Of a DNA stretch of 64,000 bases, positions 13,101-25,100 are shown in pieces (the stretch's first letter is position 1; each line of letters opens with the position of its first letter). The notes under the pieces are model-generated. The model was not told the DNA's origin, made no database searches, and saw only the letters and a program-made list of their open reading frames with translations. This DNA is from Phoronis australis (lineage: Eukaryota; Animalia; Phoronida), in the NCBI GenBank assembly GCA_002633005.1, contig NMRA01000377.1, positions 1 to 64,000 of the forward strand, read 5' to 3'. The position numbers and the translations under genes are program-made.

Positions 13101-16100
13101 AGCTAGAAAAATGTGTTACTGAAAGCCGCCAGCAAAGCACCACTAAAGCGCCAGTAAAAGTGACATTGGATCTATTTTTCTTAAGGCGATTTCGCTACCA
13201 GTAAAAACCGTAGCGTTTTAGCCATGAAGGCCCCTCTATTACTGAAGTCAACTTGGTGGGAAATACTCATGTGCCACGGCATGGTGTGGCTTTGTTATAG
13301 TTTTCTTTGCATGTTTTCAACATTCTTTTGGTAATCTGCTTCTTGTAATGGCATAGTTTGCTGAATCTAAATAGCTAAATGACTGGTGATTACTTCTCCC
13401 TGTCATTTAAATATGTTTTTAACATGAGGAATGCATTTTGTGGTGTCCATAGAGATAAAGAAGTATTTTGTGCCCTTTCACTTGTGTGAGTTAGGACACT
13501 CTTTATTCCTGGTAGACTATGATGTGAAAATTTTCCAATAATCCATACTCGTGAAGCTGTATTCTGAACAAACAAAATGAATTTAGAAAACTCTATCAGA
13601 ACATATTTAGAACTTTCCTAGACTTTACGTTTATTGACATGTCATGTTCATTGAGTTTAGGCTGATGTCGTGTGAAATACAGAAAAACTCATCAAATAGA
13701 TATGCCTGTTCAGTTTCTGCGAATCACACAGAGCCATGTTTGATTCACATTTTTGCCATGCTTGTTCTGGGACCTGATGTTGAGTACAGCATTCGTGATA
13801 TGGATTTTTTAATAGGTGTCAACAGGTAGGTTGTTATTACCAGCTAATCTGATGTCACCTAGAAATGCTGGTGGCTCATAATTGTGCTATAGAATAATTA
13901 ACTGTCCTCACCATTATTTGTGTGGCCTAACAATTGCCAAATCACCAAGTGGGCCCTTCAGTCTGTCTACATTGAGAAGAAGGTCTCCAGGGATTGGTCA
14001 AAAGAAAAGTGTCTTGTCTGGGTTTGGATTGGCTACAATACTGACTTTTGACACATGAATTGTGTTTATCCCCGTGTGTTATACTGTCGTTGTTCCAAGG
14101 TATGTTGGTTCTGACGCTGGTACTCACAAAGTCAATTAAATTTGATTTTTAATTTTTGAAACATGGAAATCCCTGACGTGTCAGCTTCGATATGTTCGGT
14201 TTTACAAGGGACGTTTGGTTTGAAATTTGCTCAACCTTTGCACGTAGTTTGACCACTTAGACGACAGCGCCTGTGAAGTGTAACCAGCTCCCATTTCATG
14301 CATATTATTCAAGGCTGATGGGGATGTCATGTTAAATACCATTTATTTTCAAAATATTTCTCACATTACAATGGCTTGTCCTAACCAAGTGAACTTTCAG
14401 TGACACTTTCATTGAGAATTTTTTGACACTGAGAGCATGCAGCTACAGATAACATCCACTTGACTGTGTTGTCTGCTTGTTCACTACTTCGCTTGTCTTG
14501 TGTCTGTCACTTCTACTTATTGTTAAAAAACTAAATTGTCTGAAGAATTTAGGTTTTTGGATGCCCAGTAACCTTATTACCTTGCCTAGGGTTTTTAAAC
14601 CTTTGGGGAAGGTTAGGAATATTTTTTCAGATTGTTTTTGTGTTTTGTTTTCTTGTATTCCTCCAGCACTTACAATAATTTCTTATAGTCTGTAGCCCAA
14701 TAACTTTATCAAATATTTTCATTTTGGTAAAATACAACCAGTGTCAAGTTTTCCGTTGAGTCTGAAATCTTTCCATCAAGTTAGTAATGCTATGTCATAC
14801 ATAGTTAACACAGCTCGCCAACAAAAAGGTCCCCCAAACTGAGCCCCATCAATGATGGCTTCTGGTGCTTTGTTGTCATTTGGATCAAGGGATATTTCTT
14901 CCCAGTAAATGTTCTCTGCATTGGCTGTTGATTATACAACAAACATTCATGTCTTGCTGTGTGCAAAACTTCTCATTATAATGGCTCAACAACATGCTTG
15001 GTGTTCATTCACAGGCTGGATGTAAAGTTGATCAATTTTTGTGCGCACTTCATGTGAGTGTCGGGTCTTTGTTGTGTCACAGAAACTCCACTGGAGTTCT
15101 TTGTGATTTTGGAGATTTTCCAGCGCCCCATGACTCGAGGAGAATGATGCTTTGCTTTTGTTATACTGCAGAGACATTTGGTGTGATCTTTTAACACATT
15201 TAAAGCAGTGATAAATTGGCATTCTGTCAAAGAAAAAAACTTTTAATTTAGACCACTTACTACCATCATGGACCGCCAAGTCCGTATATTTTCATTGGAC
15301 GAAATCTGTGATATTACGCATAATGTCACTATTCACCAGTGACATTGCATGTTTTACTTATGGCAAGTAGGGCCTACTTTGTCTGCTAATCATGGTCGGC
15401 TGTTGTGTGGTCGGGCAGCATTGGCAAAAGTACTCACAATACTAAGTGTTCTACTATTGGAAGATTTTGAACAGCGTTTCAATGCTAAAAGTATTTTTTT
15501 GTTGTGCTAGACAGTAAAATAGCTGAAAGAATTTCCCATCACAATACACTAACTGGAAGCTGAGTTTGCTGTGTTTAGAGGGTGGCACCTCCTCTAGGAT
15601 ATTTCGCAAGAAAATGTTGAGTTGTGAATCTGTTGTCTATTATCTATGCTGGAATGAAATTGTTCCTTATTCAGTTGAGAAGTGTTTTCTGGGTTAGCAA
15701 TCAAATGAAAGTTCGTTATTCTTCGAGATATTACTCAGAGCATAAAATGACTTGCAGAGCCTCATCTCAAGTACTAACAAAGTAACAACTCTTTCCAAGT
15801 CCAGAAATCGCACCTGTTGTGACTAACGAACAAATTGAGAGCAGGGGCCTCTTCCAAGAAACTGACTTAAGTTTATTTTGACTTAGTCTAAGATTTGTCT
15901 CAACTTGCAAACTTTGAAACTTCCACATCCAGCAAGTTAATCAAAATTAAGACAAAAACTTAAGACCTCTTTCTTGAAACTTAAGTTTAATTTTAATGTT
16001 GACTGAAATTTAAGATTTGTCTGAGCTAAGTCAGTTTTCTTGGAATTGACCCCAGTTTCTGAGAGTAGATCAGTGGTGTTAATGTAACATTTTTTGTTAC

Positions 16101-19100
16101 AGAAGGTGGGCTTATAGGGTGATAGGGTGAATGAGTATAGTTTTGTAGTGGAAACAATATGAGGGTTAAGGGACGAGTTGAATTTGGTTTTCTTGTAAAA
16201 TAGAATATATTTTGTTATTACTTACCACAGTTTTCACACCAACATTCGAAGCTCATGAAAGCAAAACTCCAATTTTGGCAAATATTCATGTCTGAAATTG
16301 ATGAGAGTTGTGTTGTAACAGTTTGTCTTTCAAGATAACATAGCAACTACTCAGGGACTTTTTATCGAAAAGACTATTGGCTCATTTTTTACTTCAGCCA
16401 AACGTTGATTTTTTTTTCTTCTTATGCATTTCTTGGAATACTTTATCTTCTCCCTAGTCAAGCAAATATCAATTTCTAGACTTCAAGTTGTAGACAGATT
16501 TTCTGAATTTCAGCCTTTACCCGTTTCTGTACAGCAAGCTGTTATTTAGGTATCCTCTCACTGATTTTTTGACGAATGTCAAAAGACAAGTCAATAGACT
16601 CCTTGTGAAACAGGTCTCAGAAATCAGATTCTTCAGAGTCCTATGACTCGAAATCTGCATTAGTCACAATACCCCATGCTAAACCCTGTAAGTCATAGAT
16701 GCAGCGGATCTCTGGGCCTTCTAGGCTAATGGCATTAAAAAGTTAAAGGTGTTTTCTTAACACTGGGAAATGCTGCTCAGGTGTAAAGGGCAGGTTTGTT
16801 TTGATTGGAAGCCTATAGAATTTCAGTTGGTTGATTTAACATAATCAAAACATCAACAGTAGTGCAAAGCAGGTTGGTTGAATGGAATCTGAATTCCAGA
16901 GTAGTGATTGAAAGAGTGAATTTGCCTTAAAGATTTTAAGAAATTTACTGTAAAAAATAATCTGAAATACTGAAAAGTTGACCTCTCTTGACAAAGAATT
17001 TCATTGTTGGTATACACACCAGTGTTTTCAACAAACGTTATTACTTTGCACTATTGCACTGCAATGGGTTAACCTGGAGACTCATCTTTGTTGAGGTGAT
17101 AATTTTCGTCAATTGTCTCTAATCTTGCTTTTAGTGTATGAATACAATATTAACGTGATTTTCGTGCGTGACAGCCTCCATGTTTGATCTCATCCTTCTT
17201 GACTCCTTCCACCTTCAATCAGTTTTGCACGAGCTTAATGCATGAACGATTCCTTTACAAGTTTTTTGTGCTGGTCTGTACAAGTTCTGTAATGGGTCTC
17301 TAATGATAGGCTAGACCAGGGAGTATCCATTGAACATTTTGGGCCAGTGCAAATGGGTTCTTCAATGACAATCATCCTCGGTTAGTTTGCCTGAGTAAAC
17401 TGGTAGAATTGTATGTGCCAGCAAGAAAATACTGCACTTTTCACTAGCATAGCTGGAGGGGGGGCACAAGGGACTTCGGACTCCCTCACACCTTATCTAT
17501 GTTCGTAAGTCCAAGTATGAATATTGTCCTCCATCACTCTCTCTTTCTCTTTATTCGACTTACTATAGCTTGAGGCATAGCCTCTTGATTTCATAGTCTC
17601 TGAATAAAAGAAATAATCCTTATAAAAATCTATTATTATCGAAATAGAAAGCAGCCTTCATGACCTGAGGACATGCCATGTATAATGCATTAATTCAGCA
17701 ATGTTCTTTCTTTGAAAAAAGCCATTAGGCTTTGTGCCTCTGTCATTATGCTCCTTTTAGGTTTAATGGCTTATCATTATCCGTTCATTGAACATTTTCC
17801 TGCATAAGTGTATGCCTCTTCCTGGCTTTATTTGCAGGTGTGAGTCCTCGATGAACGCGTCGACTTGAAATCTACCTATGTTTAGCTTTGCTTTGCTCAG
17901 TTTTGTTGCCATAACAATAGCCATAGATATTTTCTCCACACACTGTGATCTAGACCAGGTATTAGTATCCGGGCCTTTCAAAAAAGGTAACTAGCTGTAA
18001 TAAAAAAATATACCGGTAGTCGCATTATTCGAGAATGAGGGATTTATTCTATCAAATTGCAACGCCCTGATTATATAAGGCCAACTGTTGGAGTGAATAA
18101 ACCAATGATCATTTGTGGCTATATCTCAAATAATTGGGTTAAAAAACATTTTTCATATTACAGTAATTCTTCGTTTGTTTACCGCTCAATATTATTTAGT
18201 TCATAATATGGCAGACAAGTGAAATTCTATTTTGTAAAAATTATCAATAAAATGAATAAATTAGTGTGTTGTAAGGTTGGTTTGCAGTGCGCAATCAACA
18301 TTTAGTTTCTAATATTTATATTAAAGTAATCAGCCTTTGAAAAAATAGAAAAATAACGATTTTTGCAATTATTTTTGTGAATAATAAGTTAAGAATTCCT
18401 GTATGGGCCGAAGCTTCACTTCTTTGTGTGGATGACTATCGCTTGAGTTTATGCTAGATCTAAGCTGGTTGTTTTTGGGTCTGATACAATTTTAGTCCTT
18501 TTTATTTATATGTGCTGTTAATGCTTAACTGACTTCATGTCGACATTAATAAATATGTCATGGGTAAGTGAAGTTTCAATCACATTTTTTAAAAATAAAA
18601 TTTGCAATTTTTAGGACTGTATAAAGGGGACAGACAGACTATGATTATTACTGATTTTAGTAGGTTATTCCACCAAAAGACCGAAAATTTGAGATACATA
18701 TCTTTATTCGTTAAGCAACTCTTAATTAACATCACCAGCTTAATGTGTGTAGGTGCATTGCATCTTGCTGTAGAGGTAGGTACGTAAGCCCTCATGTGCT
18801 CTGTATGCACCGGAATGGCAAACCATTCGGTTTTTGAAAATTTGTCACCTAACACCACCAGAAACCCAAAAATGTCGAGGAAGTCCAAACTTTGTTTTCA
18901 CAAAGATCCACGTGCATTATTTTGGTTGGAAGAGTTAATTCCTCTTTTGATCTGCTCTTAAGAAATTTAAACCAGCAATTTTGATCTTATGTCAGGAAAC
19001 AATGCAGTCATTTTTTTGTAAGCAAGTTTTTGAGACACCCTGTATACGGTAGCAGAAGATGAACATCTCAAATACAGTAGTTTTCAAAATAAACTAGACA

Positions 19101-22100
19101 GACTTCACAGAACTATGGCTAACTAATGTATGATTTTCTTGCTGAAATTAGTTTAGTCAAAACTTTGTGGCAATAAAATATCATTTTTGTTGAACTTAAG
19201 TCGTAAGTGCCAATTGTGAATGGACTTGCACAGCTAATTGTCAAGATTTTGACAAAATGTTCAGAGCATTACCTGTAGAGATTTTGTCCAGATTTAGACA
19301 GAATCGAAATGGTTGTTGGTTTGAATGTTGAAACATGAGTTCCAAATTGTCTAGTTTATTTTGAAAGCCACTGAATGTACACTGTGACGGCACCTTAAAA
19401 TTGACCATTTTATGCTAACATAATAAATAAAACATACCAACATCCAATCACCACCATTCAGGTTTTGATGTTTAAAATGTATGAAAGGCTTCAAATAGGG
19501 ATGGGACGACAGGCATTTTTGAGGGAATTTGATTATTTCCTATTCAATTCTTATTTGCCATGTTTTCCTGAAATATAAGTAGTTGAGTTACTAATATTCC
19601 AAGTAATTGAGATGAAATTGGACCTAAGAATTGAATCAAAATGGGCCTTGACGTATAGATATCGAAATCCATCGTTCCTGCATCACAATTCGATTACAAC
19701 CCTTTGCTTGAAGCATCTGCTGGACCCTCTGATGATGTCCTGGATGGGCCTATAGAATACACAACTGGAAACATTCAGCGTACAAGTCATGTTTGTGTCA
19801 TGACTGCACATTCCAAAATGTGTGTGTCTGGTAAATACATATAGTGTGTTGAGTGCCCTAGTAGGTTGGACATGTCAATCTGTGTTTGCTTTGTCACTGG
19901 AACATGTGAATTTCGGTCATGCTTCACTGGCGACACCTGTGAATTTTGAATTTTGAGATTTGTTCTTTAGAAAGGAAGTAAGTGTGATCGGACATGTATG
20001 CAAATATTTAAAAGTCGCAGGGGGAGAGATGTTGTAGATGATGACTGATGGGGCTTTAAAATCATTTCCTGTTTCACAGAATTGTCTTGAAAGGATTTCA
20101 TGCTGTGCTACCCACAGCAGGAATACAACCACCTTACTGTTTGTGTCTTGTATTTCTTCATATATTTAGTACATACCTTATATGGCTGACAAGTGAAATT
20201 CTATTTGTCACATTTTTCCACAAAAAGACAAGGAAAACTTCAGTCTATTACTGTGACATGGTTTGTATTGTGCAGATGTCATAAAATTTTTGGTAGATTT
20301 TCAAGTATTTGTAGCATAAAATAAATATTTAAATATTGAACCGACATATAAATATAGATCACAAAAAGTTTTAAATCTGGTCTGCACGCCACCTGTTGGC
20401 CGCACCACATGGCCTAGTGAACACAAGTCTGAAAAGATTTCTGCACGGTTAGCAGAAGTTCCTGGGTTCGTCTGTCCTGGTTGGAGGCAGAAATCTTTTC
20501 AGATTCATGTTCATTAGGTCTCGTGATGTGGCCAACAGGTGGCGTGCAGACCAGACTTAAAATGTTTGTGGTCTTTTCGAAGTAAAGTGATCAACCTAAA
20601 GAAAATGGAAAAACAACAATTTTGGCAATTGTTTTTGTGTGAAATAAGCGGAGAATTACTGTAGGAGAGTTAAACACTTGAATCTAGTGACGCTTAACAA
20701 TTGTTTTACTGTAGAACTGGGTAGTACATGATTCTTTTATGAATTTCCTAATTGTTCTTAAGCAGGTGGTGTTTAAAGTCACAGTGCGGTTATCTTGATT
20801 ACATTTCAAATACTCTGAAGTCAACAGGTTGTCCTCTTGGTCAACAGGTTTTCACCTTTTATCTTCATTGTTATGTGATAAAAAAGCCACAGTCAATATT
20901 TACAGTGATAGGAGCCATGATGTATCAGCTAAGATCTCAGTGAACATGTTGCTGTTGACATATTTGGTTATCGCTGGTTTAGTCTGTAGCCAAAATACAT
21001 ACATTGTGGCTTGATATTGATTGATGCAGATTTTTATTGATGTGTGAAAATTTCCTAAATTTCTAATTTGTTTCAATGGAAAGTTCTAATCCCTGATATT
21101 AACATCATTTCCAATATTTTCATTTTTTGTTTCTAGTAAATTGTAGGTCATGCAATTGATAATTAATAAGTTTTTCATACTCAAAGGAAATTCTTCTAGA
21201 GTGTGCAATTAAAAATGTGCTTTTAAGTGAAGAAACAAACATGTGTATCTTATGCCATTGTTATTTATTTTCATTTTATCTTGTTTACATGGTAACAATA
21301 GCATGTCCATCAACCAGAGGTAGTGGTATTCATTGTCACTTAAAGATTTTCATGCAGGAGCATGTTGATCTGTTTGTTTTGTATCAAATTTTAATCTCTA
21401 AACTCTAATAAAATGTTGACTTTTGTTGCGCAATCTCTTGTTTACTGGTTACTAACCTTTGTGGTGTACAGTAAAAGTCTTTCAGTTTGGGACACAATAT
21501 GGCGAGTTGGGGAAATTTTATTTTATCGAATTTGTCAAGGAAAATAAATTTTATGAGAAATTTGTAGCGTAGTTTGTATGGCGTAGATATTAATAAACAA
21601 CTTTTGTTGAAATTTTGAGCAACAATGAGGGAAGCCTATGAAAAATAGAAATGGGACAATTTTAGCAATTGTTTTTGTCTCAAATTTAAGATAAGGTAAG
21701 GTATCTTTATTTTAGAACTGTTGTGTTAAAGATAATTTTTGTTTTGACGAGTTTCCTCGTAAAATAATGCTAATTACTGCCATAATTTTCTTCATTACGT
21801 CTATAGTTTGAGTCATTTCAGCTGTCACTAATTAATATGAAGGCTATTTACCACAGTATGTTTATAAAATTGACAATAGAAAAATGGTAATTTTGCTAAA
21901 TGAATAATTCTTTTTGTATGAAATTGACAAAATAATTGAAAATACATTGAGGGTAAGTAGGGGTGGGGGCATGGCATCAAACTGAGAAAGTTGGGATGGG
22001 TTGTTTGTCGAAATAGACTAATTAGTCGCATGGTCAAGCTTGCATGTTGCAAGATATTAGTCAAACACAGCAGAAGACTATGGGTAATTTCCTGCCTGAA

Positions 22101-25100
22101 TTGGGCAGGTATCCCTGAAACTTTGTTCATTACTCGAAAGTTTTGTACATTTCGGGAACTAAAATTCTCACGAGACCGACGTTCCCAGACGCGGGCACTT
22201 TAAAAAAGGAATTGGCGGTGAGGAATAAACGAGAGCAATGGCATGTGACAGTGAAGATTTGCAAAGTTTCGTGGTTGGGTGTTAAGTCGAATATGGACAT
22301 TAACCTCGTGGAGTATGGTAAGCGNGGGGAAGGAGGGATGGGGGCATGGCATCAAACTAAGAAAGTTGGGATGGGTTGTTTTTCGAAATAGACTAATTAG
22401 TCACATGATCAAGCTTGCATGTTGCAAAATATTAGTAAAACACAGCAGAAGACTATGGGTAATTTCCTGCCTGAATTGAGCAGGTATCCCTGAAACTTTG
22501 TTCATTACTCGAAAGTTTTGTACATTTCGGGAACTAAAATTCGCACGAGACCGACGTTCCCAGACGCGGGCACTTTAAAAAAGGAATTGGCGGTGAGGGA
22601 TGAGCGAGAGCAATGGCATGTGACAGTGAAGATTTGCAAAGTTTCGTGGTTGGGTGTTAAGTCGAATATGGACATTAACCTCGTGGAGTATGGTAAGCGC
22701 ATTACTTACTTCAGATACCACAATACAAAGTGTGGGAAAAGTCAAGTGCATTCCAACAAATATCTGGATTGTTATGCATTGAATGTTTTTGTTTACCAAG
22801 GTTAACCATTATCATTGTGTAAAGCTACCAGATTATTTTGATAAAACCAGAGCTCCTTCTCAGCAAAAACAAACAGAAAGAATGGTTTGTTTTTTGACAT
22901 TTGTTTAAAGATGTTTTTTGGTAGTTGATGATGTGTTTTGGGTGTGCCTGAAATCCCTGGATATTAATGACTCTTTTTAAGCGTTTAAGTCTGATTTAAA
23001 TCATAAATTGTAAATTAAAAGTCTGTTGTACAAAATTAGGACCAAGATTTCACATACTTGCAATAGGGTACTAAAAATATGACCAAGAACTGCACATTCT
23101 TGCAAAAGCATACTGAAAATTTATTTTGTATGCCCTGTTCCATCTGATGATGAAAAATCCTATGTGAAATCGGTCTGTTTATTACCATCCAGTTCATTGA
23201 AAAGTCAATGCTACTGTTTCAAAACAACTCTCAAATCTGCTTTGATGGCCATTATGTTTCAGGCACAGATCTGTCATCACTTTTCTCCCATTGGCTTGAC
23301 TCAGTTCTCCTTGTTAAACCAGAAGCAGACAATGTTTCAATGCTCATGTCCCCATGTAATACCATCCCCAGCGCAATACTTTTCTGTCAACAGTCCCAAA
23401 CACTGCCAAACACTGATTACAGTCCGTTTCTTGGGTGGTCAGCAGCTGCAAATGACCTGGTTTTCAGCCAGCTTTGATGTGACCCCATGTTATTTTGTGC
23501 TAATTAGAATGAAATTTAACCAATTAACAACCATTGGTTTAATGTTAATGTCAAACTAGAAAACTTGTCCGCTCACTTTGGAGTTTGGTTGTCAAGATCT
23601 ATTTTTTCTGTATTGTCTGTAAGAACTAAACTGTTTGTCAATTAAAAGACTCTAAATTACGGCAATCATGAAGTGTTGTTGAAATGGTCCAAGTTTGTTT
23701 GGAAAAGCCATTCAACTAGATTGTACCACAAGGCATGTAAATCTTTAACCTCTTGATGGATTTACCAGTTGGTCGTAACTCAACCTTATCTGCTTGTAAG
23801 ACAATTTTCCAACTTGTAACCTGTCCATTTCCACCTTTCAGACGTTTTTGGGTTGATCAATTAATAATTAATGTCATGTATTTCGAGTAAACTTTGTAGA
23901 GTAAGACTGTGTGTCTTCTCTGCTGTATTTTTCTGGGTTAGTGCCCATGTTTGACTTATCGCCACCCCCAAATTTTCCAAAGTTCTCCTTATAAACGTCT
24001 ATGCCCTGCTTGCGATATTCCCTTCAGTGTGATCATGAATGTCTGCCTCGTCAGAATTTGAGCTTTTAAAAAGCATGCAACATGGCAACCCTTAAGTGAT
24101 GGTCAGCAATTTTTGGTGGAGCCTTATCTTATTTGAGCGGGAAAATGTTCATACCCAGTGCCGGTGCATTCTGGGGGAATCTTTTGGATGAGCGGAAGCT
24201 TCTCCCCATAGAATAAGAATTTTTTTGGTCCTAATGTAGGGAACTTTGCGTGATTTATTATTGTTTTTCATAGGAAAGTGGGACGAATATTCGGTCCCAA
24301 AGTTGAGGCATACTCGCTGCTCTTTACTGAAGAGGACATGAAATGGAGATCTTGTGGGCAATGTGTGTCCACCTCATTACGTGCGTAAGGGATGTTTGCA
24401 TTGGGAAATTTTAAAAAGCTTGGTGCACAATCACTCCATTTTAGACCGTGAACCCCTTCATCACATTTTCTTTACATCAGCTGATGTTTTATTTAACTAT
24501 TGTATGAAAAGTCGTTAACCCGATTGACCGTTCGGATACACATACGGGACTCTCACAGACTTCGAATTTTATGTTGTTTTTAAGTACCTATACTCGGGTT
24601 AATGTCCTCCCTCCAGGCGGTAAGTCGGACAAATACGGTGTGCGCTATTCTGTACTAATGTGTAAAGCCGCATCAAATGTATTTGCGAGTTGNATGTAAA
24701 TCTTTAACCTCTTGATGGATTTACCAGTTGGTCGTAACTCAGCCTTATCTGCTTGTAAGACAATTTTCCAACTTGTAACCTGTCCATTTCCACCTTTCAG
24801 ACATTTTTGGGTTGATCAATTAATAATTAATGTCATGTATTTCGAGTAAACTTTGTAGAGTAAGACTGTGTGTCTTCACTGCTGTATTTTTCTGGGTTAG
24901 TGCCCATGTTTGACTTATCGCCACCCCCAAATTTTCCAAAGTTGTCCTTATAAACGTCTATGCCCTGCTTGCGATATTCCCTTCAGTGTGATCATGAATG
25001 TCTGCCTCGTCAGAATTTGAGGTTTTAAAAAGCATGCAACATGGCAACCCTTAAGTGATGGTCAGCAATTTTTGGTGGAGCCTTATCTTATTTGAGCGGG

